Shown here: piece after piece, positions 7,981 to 18,859 of the stretch
How the letters are laid out: each line of letters opens with the position of its first letter
Numbering within the stretch: position 1 is the stretch's first letter
NCBI RefSeq assembly: GCF_002706985.1
Contig: NZ_PAKP01000027.1
Strand: one strand, 5' to 3'
Length of the DNA stretch: 64,000 bases
Source of the DNA: Sneathiella sp.
GTDB lineage: Bacteria; Pseudomonadota; Alphaproteobacteria; Sneathiellales; Sneathiellaceae
Translations under genes and position numbers: made by a program
Notes under the pieces: generated by a model
Databases searched by the model: none
Seen by the model: the letters and a program-made list of their open reading frames with translations, nothing else
Told to the model about the DNA's origin: nothing

Positions 7981-10900
7981 GCAGCAGCTCGTTCAGGATT
8001 TTCCCGATTTCCCCGATTGTCGGATCGATCATCATATTGAAATGGTCGCAATCGAAGGTCATGACCTCGATATTCCCGGAGACGAACTTGTCCCATCCGA
8101 GCTGTGGTCCGGCCCGCAGGAACTCCACACTGGCCTGACGGCCCTTGAACAACAGAACATCAGCGGGATAGTCCGGTGGATGATACTGATGTTCGGCCGC
8201 CAGATAGGCCTGCGTCATGCGCTGGCCAACCAGTTCATCGGGAATATGCTCACCTTTTGCGAGATGCGCCTCAATTTGCTGCATTTCGCGGCCCGCCGAC
8301 AGGCTCCGCCATTTTCGAAGCGGCCATTTGAGGGCGAACGTCAGGCTCCAGTGACGGGCCATCCATATTTTCCCGAGAATGCCGAGTGGCTCGCCGTCAA
8401 TTTCCGGCGCCAGGGTATCGAACAGGACAAGATAGCCGACCTCATGCCCGGTATTGCGAAGCTGATGCGCCATCTCGAAAGCGATCACGCCGCCGCCTGA
8501 ATATCCTGCCAGATGATAGGGCCCTTCGGGCTGCTGTTTGAGAATGGCTGCGACATAGCAGGCCGCCATTTCCTCAATTGTTTCATGTATTTCCGTCCCG
8601 CCATCGGAGCCGAGCGCGCGCAAGGCGTAAAATGGCAGTTTCGAATCGAGATATCCGGACAGCGAGCGGAAGTTAAGCACATTGCCGCCCGCCCCATGAA
8701 CAAGATACAGAGGCTTAACCGCCGGATCACCGGGTTTGATGCGCACAAGCGGCGACCATTCCCCATCCACGGACACATTGTCGGCGGGCGCTGTATCGAC
8801 CACGGACGTCACCACCAGATTACCCTTGGTGATAACGACATCCGACAGGAGGCGCAGGGTCGGTGCCTGGAACAGGGTGGCAAGCGGCAGGTCCGTTCCG
8901 TATTCTTTTCGGATTTTGGCGAACAAGCGCACCGCCGCCAGAGAATGACCTCCAAGATCGAAGAAATCCGCGTCCGGTTCCGGCTGGCCGACGCCCAGAA
9001 GGTCTGACCAGAACTCCGCCATCTTCTCTTCGATACTGTTTGCGTAATTGCCGCTGGATGCACCGCCGTCCTTGTCGGGACGTTCCGCCTTTTTCTTGCG
9101 CTGAACCCCGATACGGGCCATTTCCCGGCTGATATCGGACATGGAAGTCGGCGAAATCACCATCGAACGCGCATCGGACTCCAGCATGCGGCTGAAAACA
9201 GCCGGAGCGTCCCGTGCCCCTATGCCTTGCGCAATCATGATATCGACCAGCTGTTCAGGCGCCGAATCAAGATCAAATGTCGTTCCTTCAACCCGGCTGA
9301 GCGCGAACCCTTCCATTACCATCAGGGGATTGTTCTTTTCATCCAGGAACAGCACGTCAAAGCTGGCAAACCGGCCCGGCGTTTCAGCAACCATCCGGGC
9401 GCGGGTAATAAAACGCTGTGGCAGAGGCGCGAAAATGCGAATGCGGTCGACGGACATCGGCGCATAAAACGCGCCTTCCTTGCCGACATCCGACAAAAGG
9501 TTGAGCCCGATCGTCGCCGCCGTATCCGTAAGTCCCGGATGCGCCGCGTAAGTCTCCAGATCCGGGACAAATGTATCCGCAAGGGCGAAATTGCCCTCGA
9601 CTTCGCCGTCGCCAAGGCGGATCTCGCCGACATTGTCCCAGCGCGGACCGAAATCGATCAGTTCGGCTTGCGAATCCTGGCCGCTGTTATCCGAAACCGA
9701 CAACGCCGACACCATTTGCAGGGCGCGCGGGATCTTGCGGTCATTCAACCGCTTGAAGACAAGCCGGGCGCGGCAATGCTCGGTCATCGGCCCCTCGGGC
9801 GTGAGGGCGCTTTGCACCTGGAACTCATAGCCCTGCTCAATTGGCGTCAGCGTAATGGTAACGCGGGCGCGCACCCCTTCCGGAAACACCATCGGGCTCA
9901 GAAGCGACAGGGACTGTAACTCCCATTTCCGGTTTGATGCCGCGGCCAGCATGGCGGCGCGGGCAATCTCGATATACGCCGTTCCCGGCAGCACCGGAAT
10001 GCCCCCGACCACATGCTCGCTCAGCACCCAGAGCTCAGCCGGATCATAATAGGAGGTAAAGGAAATGACACCGCTGTCATCCTTTTCAAGCGGCCCGAGA
10101 AGCGGATGAACGCCTTCCGCGCTCTCTTCCATCGTGCGATAGGCGCGCGCCGCCATGCCGATATCGCGCCAGACGCCCCATGAAATTGCCAGACCGTCGG
10201 CGCGGGAGGCGGCCAGAGACTCAAGATAACTGTTCGCGGCCACATAATCGACCTGACCCGGCGGTGCCGTCACCACGGAGGTGGATGAGAAGACGGTAAA
10301 AAAGTCGAGGCTTCCCTCGGGCAGCAGGGCCGCAAGGTTTCCGCCGCCCGTTACCTTTGCCGACAGCACACGATGCGTATCGTCGAGGCTTTTGCCGAGC
10401 ATCGGGGCATCATCCATAATCCCGGCGCCATGGAACACACCATCAATGCCGCCAAACTGCGTCTTAACCTCATCAAGCGCAGAAGCGAGCATGGTTTTAT
10501 CGGTGACATCTGCGCTGAGCATGAGGACTTTTCCACCTGCTTCCTCAATCTCCCGGATCGCGTTAATGGAGCCCGCAACGGAAGACGCGGGCGTGGATTT
10601 CAGGATAGTGTCCCATTCGTCCCGCGCCGGAAACGCGGAACGACCGATCAGGGCAAGCTGTGCCTTTGCTGTACCGCCTAGATAGCGGGCAAGGGCGAGT
10701 CCTATGCCGCCAATACCCCCCGTAATCACATAGCGTCCGCCTTCCTTGATCCGTTTCGGAAGCGCCGTCGGCGCAGTCACAGAAAGCGGCGCCAGTTTCT
10801 GGGCATAGCGTTTTCGGCCCCGGAGGGCGATGCAGTCATCTGATGTGCCCCCGTCATGCTCATCCAGGATTGCTTTTCCCGACCATGCCGGATCTTCCTT

Positions 10901-13900
10901 TGCCTCAAGATCGATATATTGCGCCATCAATCCGGAAATTTCCCGCGGCGCAACCCGCACCGGACCGAGCAATGTGCCGAGTGACGGATAGGAGACCGGC
11001 TCTCCCGCAACGGAAAAACCACCGCTTCCGACAAAGCTCAGGCGAACATCCTCCGTCGGATCGGCGGACTGAATGGCCCGCGCGAGACAGAAGGCGCTGT
11101 CAAACAACCCCTTTTGTCCGTCCGCGGCGGAGGCCATGGGCCAGCAATGGAGGATATTGGCCGGCACTTCCTTGAACTCCGCAAGAAGGGCATCGTAATC
11201 CTCGGCAACATCGGGGGCGAGACGGTAGTCATCTCCCTCGCGAACAAAGCCGTCCCCGGGCCGGACGAGCGCGACCTTCTCACGCCGCGCTTCAAGCGCC
11301 GTCACCAGCGCATCGGAAACGGGATCGCCGCCATGGAACAGAAGCCAGCTGCCGCCATGTTTCGGCTCTGCCGGTGGAACCGGCGCAAGGTCCCAGCGTT
11401 TCGTAACGTACCAGTCGTCGGGATTTTCCTTCCGGGTAAGCTGGATGGCGGTTTCTTCCGGCGCATCCCCGGTCTCCGACTGGCGGCCGGTGCCCGGCTC
11501 GATCCAGTGGCGATCCTTGGCAAAGGCATAGGTCGGCAGGGACACGCGGCGCCCACCTGTCCCCGGCAGTCTGTCCCAATCCAGCGCGCCGCCGACGGCC
11601 CAGATGTTTCCAGCGGCGACAAGCGCCAGCGCCATATCGTCATCGGCCTCTTTCGGTGGACGGCCGGAGGAAATCACGGCTAGCGGTTCATTCTCGCCCG
11701 GGTTCATTTCGGCAAGCGGACCGAGCGTATGTCCGGGACCGACTTCCAGAAGAATCTGATCCGGTTTTTTCAGGACGGTTTCCACCGTATCGGCGAAGCG
11801 GACCGTATGGCGCAAGTGGCGCACCCAGTAATCGATGGTGGAAAAGTCCCCGTCCTGTCCCCAGTCACCGCGCAGGCTGGATACGAAGGGAATCTCCGGT
11901 GATTTCAGGCTGATGCCGTCAATGCCGCTCCGGAAGTTTTCCAGCTGATCATCGAGAATACGGCTATGGGCGGCAACATTGATGCGCACCCGCGTTGCCT
12001 CGAACTCCGTGTCTTTCAGCTGTATTTCCAGCGCGTCAATTTTCGCAACCTCACCGGAGACAACGCAGAGATCCGGTGCATTCAGAGCCGCGATATCAAG
12101 GGCCTCTCCAACGAGCTCTTTTACCTTGGTATGCGGCGCAGGGATAATTGTCATTGCTCCGGCCGCGGCCGCATCCATGACTTTTCCGCGCCAGACGACG
12201 ACTTTCAGGGCATCGGCGACCGACATCACCCGGGCGATCACCGCCGCCGCATATTCCCCGGCGCTATGGCCAAGGACAGCGGCGGGCTCTACACCAAAGC
12301 TCATGAACATCATTGCATAGGCATATTCCAGAATGAAGAGCGCCGGAATGGCATAGCCGGACATTTCCATGCTGGCGCGCGCCTTTTCATCATCCGAAGA
12401 CCGTTCGAACATGACCGTGCGCAAATCGGAGGGCGCATCGGCAGGCATCTGCGCAAAGCATTCATCCACTGCCGAGCGAAACGCATCTGACGTTTCCAGC
12501 AGTCCGGCACCCGCGCCCGGATATTGCGCGCCGCCGCCCGGGAACATGAAGACGACCTCCGCCTTGCCGGTTCCGGTCTTGCCGCCGGCAACCCGGCTCG
12601 GCGCTTCATTCCAGAGAGCCTTCGACAAATCGTCCTTTTCCCTGGCGACGATCACGCGGCGCTCGGCGAACTCGCGGCGTCCATGACGCAGGGTGAAGGC
12701 CGCATCCGCCAAGGACGGCATGTCATCGGAGGACACGAAGTCCCGCCATTTTTCCTGTATACCATCGAGCGCCGCCGTCGTGCGGGCCGAGAAGGGAAAC
12801 AGACGCCAGCAGCTTTCGGAAACAATCTCGGGACGAAGCGGCGCTTCCTCGACAATGGCATGGGCGTTCGTTCCGCCCACCCCGAGGGAATTGATCCCGG
12901 CCCGGCGCGGAACATCCCTGCGCGGCCAGGGCCTGCTCTCGTTCACCACATAGAACGGGCTGTTCGCGATATCGAAACGGCTGTTCGGTGTTTTATAGTT
13001 GAGGGAGGCCGGAATGACGTCATGACGCAAGGCCTCCACGACCTTGATCAGGCTGGTCGCACCGGCGGCCGTATCGAGATGACCGACATTGCTTTTGACC
13101 GACCCGATTCCGCAAAAGCCTGTGCCGCCCGCGCCATAGACCTGCGACAGGCCCGCAAGTTCAATCGGATCGCCGACCGGCGTGCCGGTGCCATGGGCCT
13201 CAATATAGCTGACGGTCTCCGCCGGGACATCGGCAATGGCGAGGGCTTCCGCCGCCGCCTCGGCCTGACCATCGACACTTGGCGCGAGATAGCCCGCTTT
13301 TTGCGCTCCGTCGTTGTTGATGGCGGAGCCGATCAACACCGCCTTGATATCATCACCATCTGCAAGCGCATCTTCCAGACGCCGGAGGACGACTAGGGCC
13401 GCACCGGAGCCGAACACCGTTCCCTCGCTGTCATTATCGAAGGGTCGGCAGATGCCATCCGGTGACTGGATTTCCCCTTCCGCGAACTTATAGCCATGAC
13501 GGTGCGGCAGCTCGACGGTGACCCCGCCGGCAATGGCCATGTCGCATTCCATGGAAAGCAGGCTGGCGGCCGCCTGATGAACGGCCACAAGCGAGGTGGA
13601 GCAGGCCGTCTGGACCGCCACGGAGGGGCCCTGCAAATTCAGGATGTAGGACAGACGCGTTGTCAGGAAGTCCTTGTCATTGCCGGTATGGCGCAGCAGG
13701 AACAGGCCGATTTCCTCGACAAGGTCCGGATTACTAAGCAGGTTGTAGGGCAGATAGGCCTGCATGCCGGAGCCTGCGAAAACGCCGATGCGCCCGTCGA
13801 AATTCTCCGGCATATGACCGGCATCCTCGAAGGCTTCCCAGGCGCATTCAAGAAAATGGCGATGCTGCGGATCAAGGATGGATGCCTCACGCGGGGAAAA

Positions 13901-14155
13901 GCCGAAAAATCCGGCGTCGAAACATTCCATATCGGAGAGATAATTGGCGGCCCTTACATAGTTGGGATCGGCCAGATCCTTGGCGCTGACCCCGTTTTCC
14001 AGCATTTCCTCGGCGCTGAACCAGCGCGTGCCCATCCGCTCGTTCGCCAGCAAATTCCAGAACTGTGCGACGTTACGCGCCGACGGAAACCGCCCGGCCA
14101 TACCAACAATGGCAATCTTTTCAGATGCCTGAATTCCCTCAACATTGTCTGTCAT
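7970..14155 (-). CDS. Type I polyketide synthase, KS-AT-KR-DH-ACP-TE
   Basis: KS QTACSTS / EAHGTGT / NVGHL; AT GHSAGE; KR GGIGGIG, MDD and DY; DH HVVGGIPVLP; ACP DLGGHSL; TE GYSGG and a C-terminal DH. Confidence 0.95.
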   Translation of the reverse strand: MTDNVEGIQASEKIAIVGMAGRFPSARNVAQFWNLLANERMGTRWFSAEEMLENGVSAKDLADPNYVRAANYLSDMECFDAGFFGFSPREASILDPQHRHFLECAWEAFEDAGHMPENFDGRIGVFAGSGMQAYLPYNLLSNPDLVEEIGLFLLRHTGNDKDFLTTRLSYILNLQGPSVAVQTACSTSLVAVHQAAASLLSMECDMAIAGGVTVELPHRHGYKFAEGEIQSPDGICRPFDNDSEGTVFGSGAALVVLRRLEDALADGDDIKAVLIGSAINNDGAQKAGYLAPSVDGQAEAAAEALAIADVPAETVSYIEAHGTGTPVGDPIELAGLSQVYGAGGTGFCGIGSVKSNVGHLDTAAGATSLIKVVEALRHDVIPASLNYKTPNSRFDIANSPFYVVNESRPWPRRDVPRRAGINSLGVGGTNAHAIVEEAPLRPEIVSESCWRLFPFSARTTAALDGIQEKWRDFVSSDDMPSLADAAFTLRHGRREFAERRVIVAREKDDLSKALWNEAPSRVAGGKTGTGKAEVVFMFPGGGAQYPGAGAGLLETSDAFRSAVDECFAQMPADAPSDLRTVMFERSSDDEKARASMEMSGYAIPALFILEYAYAMMFMSFGVEPAAVLGHSAGEYAAAVIARVMSVADALKVVVWRGKVMDAAAAGAMTIIPAPHTKVKELVGEALDIAALNAPDLCVVSGEVAKIDALEIQLKDTEFEATRVRINVAAHSRILDDQLENFRSGIDGISLKSPEIPFVSSLRGDWGQDGDFSTIDYWVRHLRHTVRFADTVETVLKKPDQILLEVGPGHTLGPLAEMNPGENEPLAVISSGRPPKEADDDMALALVAAGNIWAVGGALDWDRLPGTGGRRVSLPTYAFAKDRHWIEPGTGRQSETGDAPEETAIQLTRKENPDDWYVTKRWDLAPVPPAEPKHGGSWLLFHGGDPVSDALVTALEARREKVALVRPGDGFVREGDDYRLAPDVAEDYDALLAEFKEVPANILHCWPMASAADGQKGLFDSAFCLARAIQSADPTEDVRLSFVGSGGFSVAGEPVSYPSLGTLLGPVRVAPREISGLMAQYIDLEAKEDPAWSGKAILDEHDGGTSDDCIALRGRKRYAQKLAPLSVTAPTALPKRIKEGGRYVITGGIGGIGLALARYLGGTAKAQLALIGRSAFPARDEWDTILKSTPASSVAGSINAIREIEEAGGKVLMLSADVTDKTMLASALDEVKTQFGGIDGVFHGAGIMDDAPMLGKSLDDTHRVLSAKVTGGGNLAALLPEGSLDFFTVFSSTSVVTAPPGQVDYVAANSYLESLAASRADGLAISWGVWRDIGMAARAYRTMEESAEGVHPLLGPLEKDDSGVISFTSYYDPAELWVLSEHVVGGIPVLPGTAYIEIARAAMLAAASNRKWELQSLSLLSPMVFPEGVRARVTITLTPIEQGYEFQVQSALTPEGPMTEHCRARLVFKRLNDRKIPRALQMVSALSVSDNSGQDSQAELIDFGPRWDNVGEIRLGDGEVEGNFALADTFVPDLETYAAHPGLTDTAATIGLNLLSDVGKEGAFYAPMSVDRIRIFAPLPQRFITRARMVAETPGRFASFDVLFLDEKNNPLMVMEGFALSRVEGTTFDLDSAPEQLVDIMIAQGIGARDAPAVFSRMLESDARSMVISPTSMSDISREMARIGVQRKKKAERPDKDGGASSGNYANSIEEKMAEFWSDLLGVGQPEPDADFFDLGGHSLAAVRLFAKIRKEYGTDLPLATLFQAPTLRLLSDVVITKGNLVVTSVVDTAPADNVSVDGEWSPLVRIKPGDPAVKPLYLVHGAGGNVLNFRSLSGYLDSKLPFYALRALGSDGGTEIHETIEEMAACYVAAILKQQPEGPYHLAGYSGGGVIAFEMAHQLRNTGHEVGYLVLFDTLAPEIDGEPLGILGKIWMARHWSLTFALKWPLRKWRSLSAGREMQQIEAHLAKGEHIPDELVGQRMTQAYLAAEHQYHPPDYPADVLLFKGRQASVEFLRAGPQLGWDKFVSGNIEVMTFDCDHFNMMIDPTIGEIGKILNELLLTR

Positions 14156-14227
14156 ATTCTAGTTCATCCCCGTCGGATCTGACGGTTTTAATAAAATGAC
14201 AGAATGCCATCCTGCCAAAATTCTTTC

Positions 14228-17200
14228 CTACTGTACAGATGTCCCTGTTCTTTGGGTCATCCGTGCCCGGCGCGCCGCCGCCCGCTGAGCGCCGCGCATC
14301 GCCGCTGTCGATTCTCCCTCCGCCTTGCCGCCGCCATCTAGATGCCGCGCTAGCGCCTGAATGGTCGAAAAGCGGAACATGTCGGTAATCGCCACTTCCT
14401 TGTCGAACAGCTCCTTCAGGCGCCGCTGTACCTGAACCACCAGCAGGGAATGACCGCCGAGATCGAAGAAGTTATCGGTCACCCCGACTTCACCGAGCCC
14501 GAGCGCCTCGCACCAGATTTTGGCAATGGCGGCTTCGGTGTCGCTCTGCGCGGCCTCCGTCGAGGCGCTGGCCTGCGCCTGCGGCTTGGGCAGGGCCTTG
14601 CGGTCGATCTTGCCGTTCGGCGTCTGCGGCATCACATCCAGCATGATCACCTGTGACGGTGTCATGAATTCCGGCAGCATGGTGCCAAGTTTCTTGCGAA
14701 CCTCCTGCGGATCGATCCGTTTTCCGGGCGCAACCGTCGCAAAGGCAACCAGCCGTTTGTCGCTATCGCCGGTTTCAAACACGGTTACCGCCGCGTCCTT
14801 CACCTCATCGAGTGATCCAAGCTTGGCTTCAATCTCGCCAAGCTCGATCCGGTGGCCGCGCACCTTGACCTGATTATCCATCCGGCCATGGAATTCGAGG
14901 CGACCATCGGGCATATGCCGCACCAGATCGCCCGTCCGGTAGAACCGGCCTTCGCTTGTATCGAGGAAGCGCTGCGCCGTCAGTTCCTCACGGTTCCAAT
15001 AGCCTTTCGCGACGCCGTCGCCACCAATCCAGAGTTCCCCCGCAACGCCACTTGGCAGCGCCTGCCCGTATTCATTGCGAACCGAATAGACCGTATTGGC
15101 CATTGCCTCCCCAAGCGGGATGGTCTCGCCAATCGTTTGAAGATTGGCAACCGAGGACCAGACGGCCGTTTCCGTCGTGCCATACATATTGAGCAACGTT
15201 CCCTTGAGGTGGGAGCGCAGGTTCCGGGCAAGATCCGGCGGGAACCCTTCGCCGCCGACCATCATGACATCCAGCTTGCCGAGCGCCGTCCGGCCGGCCT
15301 GTTCCGCCACCAGGAAGGACGCCATGGACGGCGTGCACTGGAAATGGGTGATGTCATGCTCGGCGATCTGCTCGGCGACGGAAGCCTGACGCGCCACGCC
15401 GCCTTCCGCCAACAGATTGTTTTTAAGCTCATTGATATAGGTGAGATGCTTCAGCACCAGATCCGTATCGACGCCGAAGTCGATCAGGCAGCCGATTTCA
15501 TCAACCCCCATGCGGGCAATCTCCCGCACCAGTTCCTGACAGCTGTCCGGGGTGCCGAACAGACCGCTTGTCTGGTAATATCGCTCGAACGCATGATCGA
15601 GCAGGGCATCCGTCTCTTCTTCGGTGAGTTCCTGCTTTTCAAATACTTCCTGCGGCGTCAGGCCGGTTGCATCGGCTTTCTGCTTGAAGGTCGGCGAACT
15701 CCAGGACGCGCGGCGCAACAAATCGACCGAGCTTTTGAGATAGCCCTTCATCGGTTCGCGCACCGCTTCACGCACCTGCTCCTCATCCTCGCCGACGAAG
15801 GTATGCAGCATCAGCGTGACCTTGCCCGCGCCGGGATGCCCGGCCTCACGCCAGGCCATGCGGTAGGCACGGATTTTCTCGGCCACATCCTCGAACTTCT
15901 GACCGAGCAGATGGGTAAGCACATAACAGCCCTTTTCCGCCGCCGCCGCGAAGGTTTCCGGGTTCCCCGCCGCCGTCAGCCAGAGCGGAATGTCTCCGCG
16001 CACGGGTTGCTGCAGGGTCGATACCTCGATCTCCTCACCCTTGTGATTGGGGAAAGAGACACTCTCGCCCCGCCACAATTTTCGCAGCATGTCGATGCCA
16101 TCCAGCATGACATCCTTTCGGTTGTCGAAATTATCCGGCTGCAGCACGAAGTCATTCGGCTGCCAGCCGCTGGCAATTGCGATACCGGCGCGCCCGCCTG
16201 AGATATTATCGACAAGCGCCCAGTCCTCCGCCACGCGGATGGGATGATGCAGCGGCAGAACGCAGGAACCCGCCCGGATATCGATATTCTTGGTCATGGA
16301 AGCGACCGCCGCGGAACTCACCGCCGGATTGGGGTAAAGGCCGCCAAAGGCATGAAAATGCCGCTCCGGCGTCCAGACCGCCTCAAATCCGTTCTCATCG
16401 GCGAATTTCGACCCCTGCAGCAGCAGACGATAGGCTTCGGGGCCGCTGCCCGCCACTTCGGAGGCAAAATAGAACAGGCTGAATCCCGGAACCGGGGTTG
16501 AGGAAACGCCATCCGTCTGCAGCACCACCGTATAGCCACGCGCCAGCGTCCAGAAAATTTCCAGAACCGAGATGTCGAAAGACACCGACGTAATCGCCAG
16601 CAGGCGCACCTCGCCATCATGCGGAACCGTCAGATCGGTCCCGGTGAAGAAGTTGACGATATTCTGATGGGTGAGCATAACCCCCTTCGGAATACCGGTC
16701 GAGCCGGAGGTATACATCAGATAGGCAAGATCGGAAGGATCGCCGTCGGGAAGGGCCGTCTCGCCACCTGTTGCGTCCGGATAAACAATCTTTTTCGGGT
16801 CCAGGCGGAATTTGAACTCCGTCTTCTGGCTGGCGACGATCAGCGGGGTCGTGCTGTCCTCAATCATGAAGGCAACCCGCTCCACCGGATAGGAGGGATC
16901 AAGCGGCAGATAGGCGGCGCCCGTCTTCAGGATGGCCAGCAGGGACACCACCAGATCGGTCGATCGTTCCAGGCAGAGCCCGACAACGCTTCCCCGCCCG
17001 GCACCGCGCTCAATGAGGGCCGCGGCGAGGGCATCCGTGCGCCGGTCAAGCTCGGCATATGTCAGTACATCGCCATCGGCTTTGAGGGCGGTCGCCTCTG
17101 GTGTCTTTCGGGCCTGCTCTCGGATGACCTCATGAATGCGTTTATCGCGCGGATAGGCAACACCCATATGATCCATGCCGATCTGCTCTTCGCCCGGATC

Positions 17201-18745
17201 GGTGAGCGGTAGCGTCTTGAGCGCCGCATCCCTGTTTGCCGTGAAGGCATTGATGAAAAAGGCGATGTCGCGCCCCATCGCCGTCAGCATATCCCGGGCA
17301 TACAGCCCGGTGCGCGCGATCAGGCGCGGCGACGAACCGAAGGCAAGCACCAGATTGCGGTCCTGCAAAAGCTCCTGATCGCTGCCGTCTTTCGCCGTAA
17401 CCGCCGTCGAAAGAGCGCGCAAGGCAAGGTCCCGCACCGCCAGATCCGGTATCCGGGCGATAAGATCGACAGTTCTCGGCCCTGCTTTCTCGCCTTCGGC
17501 CTTGATGTTCCGGTAGGCGTTAATCGTTGCGCGAACGCTGTCATCACCATTCACGGGCAGGGTGACAAGCTGGGTATCGGCGATCAGCGGATGCGCTGGT
17601 CCCGTAATATCCGTGCCGCAAGAGACCGTCTTCGCCCCCATGAGGAGGGAATGCCAGACCAGAAACGCCGCCGTCGCATCATCCGCGTCGATGGTCCCGC
17701 TGACGGGCACCGGCGCCGTGACGGCACCGGACGCCATATCCCGGTTAGACGGATAGGGTGATTGCGGCGGCATGGCCCCCGCGAGCGTCTCCTGCCAGTA
17801 AAGCTCGGCCCCCGCCGCGGCATTCAGAAGATCGTCGGAAATATCGGTAAGCGGCGGGATTGCCGTTCCGGCCTGAAGGCCAAGTGCATTGGGGTGCCGT
17901 GGCTCGCCTGCGAGACAGCGAAACGCCCCGAGGATGACATCATGATCCTGCGCAGCAATCCGGACAGTATCGTTATCAACGGAAACAACCTGCCCCGGCG
18001 CGGCACTGGCGGGCGCGTCCGCGATTTTTAGGGTTCCGACAAGGGATATTCCGCGGCCCGTCCATAGCTTTGCCGCGCCGAGCGGGTTGGTATAGGCCCC
18101 GAAATCCAGCGCGCGGACCAGCCGGTCCAGCTCTCGGGCCGGTTTCGTGAAATCGAGCGCGCCGAGCTTTTCAGGGCGCATGACCGCATCATAGCGGTTC
18201 CGCTCAGCTCCCTGCTCCTGCGGCTGAACAGTGTTGTTCTTAAGCTCCTGCACCAGTTCGGTGAAGGAAGCGAGCCCGGCCTCATAACATTTCGCGTTCA
18301 GGCTCATGGAGGTTTCATCTGCGGCCACGGGCACGGTACGGGATTTCAGGATCCGGCCGGCATCCGGCGTGTCCTTCATTTCATGCCAGGTAACGGCATG
18401 CTCCGTCTCCCCGTTCATCAGCGCCCAGGACGTGACATTGATCCCGCAATATCTCGGCAACGGTCCGTCGAAGAAGTTGATGGCGAATTTTGCAGGCTGA
18501 ACCGGCAGGTGCTGCGGGAAGATGGTCAGGTTGACGATGCTGAAAAGATAATCGAAGGCAAGGCCGTTCAGCGTTTCATCATCCGGCGCATCGAAAAGCG
18601 GCAGTTTTTCCGCTTCTGCCCAGGCACGAACCCGCGGCTCATGGCTCAAAATACCGGTAATCTCACCGCCTGCGCGCCGGAACTCCTCGGCGCATTGAAC
18701 AAGGAGGGTTCCCTCACCAACGAATAGCCCGTTCATCACAAACAC
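14228..18745 (-). CDS. NRPS-like loading protein: formyltransferase - partial C - A domain interrupted by a luciferase-like monooxygenase - PCP
   Basis: Formyltransferase-like N-terminus; A3 YTSGSTGIPKG, A4 FDISV; LLM insert (FSLFYFASE...WTPERHFH, ~15420-16483); A5 YGTTE, A7 YRTGDL, A8 GRMDNQVKVRGHRIELGEIE, A10 NGKIDRKAL; PCP DLGGHSL. Confidence 0.93.
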   Translation of the reverse strand: MFVMNGLFVGEGTLLVQCAEEFRRAGGEITGILSHEPRVRAWAEAEKLPLFDAPDDETLNGLAFDYLFSIVNLTIFPQHLPVQPAKFAINFFDGPLPRYCGINVTSWALMNGETEHAVTWHEMKDTPDAGRILKSRTVPVAADETSMSLNAKCYEAGLASFTELVQELKNNTVQPQEQGAERNRYDAVMRPEKLGALDFTKPARELDRLVRALDFGAYTNPLGAAKLWTGRGISLVGTLKIADAPASAAPGQVVSVDNDTVRIAAQDHDVILGAFRCLAGEPRHPNALGLQAGTAIPPLTDISDDLLNAAAGAELYWQETLAGAMPPQSPYPSNRDMASGAVTAPVPVSGTIDADDATAAFLVWHSLLMGAKTVSCGTDITGPAHPLIADTQLVTLPVNGDDSVRATINAYRNIKAEGEKAGPRTVDLIARIPDLAVRDLALRALSTAVTAKDGSDQELLQDRNLVLAFGSSPRLIARTGLYARDMLTAMGRDIAFFINAFTANRDAALKTLPLTDPGEEQIGMDHMGVAYPRDKRIHEVIREQARKTPEATALKADGDVLTYAELDRRTDALAAALIERGAGRGSVVGLCLERSTDLVVSLLAILKTGAAYLPLDPSYPVERVAFMIEDSTTPLIVASQKTEFKFRLDPKKIVYPDATGGETALPDGDPSDLAYLMYTSGSTGIPKGVMLTHQNIVNFFTGTDLTVPHDGEVRLLAITSVSFDISVLEIFWTLARGYTVVLQTDGVSSTPVPGFSLFYFASEVAGSGPEAYRLLLQGSKFADENGFEAVWTPERHFHAFGGLYPNPAVSSAAVASMTKNIDIRAGSCVLPLHHPIRVAEDWALVDNISGGRAGIAIASGWQPNDFVLQPDNFDNRKDVMLDGIDMLRKLWRGESVSFPNHKGEEIEVSTLQQPVRGDIPLWLTAAGNPETFAAAAEKGCYVLTHLLGQKFEDVAEKIRAYRMAWREAGHPGAGKVTLMLHTFVGEDEEQVREAVREPMKGYLKSSVDLLRRASWSSPTFKQKADATGLTPQEVFEKQELTEEETDALLDHAFERYYQTSGLFGTPDSCQELVREIARMGVDEIGCLIDFGVDTDLVLKHLTYINELKNNLLAEGGVARQASVAEQIAEHDITHFQCTPSMASFLVAEQAGRTALGKLDVMMVGGEGFPPDLARNLRSHLKGTLLNMYGTTETAVWSSVANLQTIGETIPLGEAMANTVYSVRNEYGQALPSGVAGELWIGGDGVAKGYWNREELTAQRFLDTSEGRFYRTGDLVRHMPDGRLEFHGRMDNQVKVRGHRIELGEIEAKLGSLDEVKDAAVTVFETGDSDKRLVAFATVAPGKRIDPQEVRKKLGTMLPEFMTPSQVIMLDVMPQTPNGKIDRKALPKPQAQASASTEAAQSDTEAAIAKIWCEALGLGEVGVTDNFFDLGGHSLLVVQVQRRLKELFDKEVAITDMFRFSTIQALARHLDGGGKAEGESTAAMRGAQRAAARRARMTQRTGTSVQ

Positions 18746-18859
18746 ATAGGTCCTTCAGCCATTATTGTTTTTCTTAAAATGTTCTGTTTTTACGCACCAT
18801 AGAAATAACCTGTTTATTAACCCTTAATGAGGGGCAAAAATTTCTTTTGCAAAAGGACG

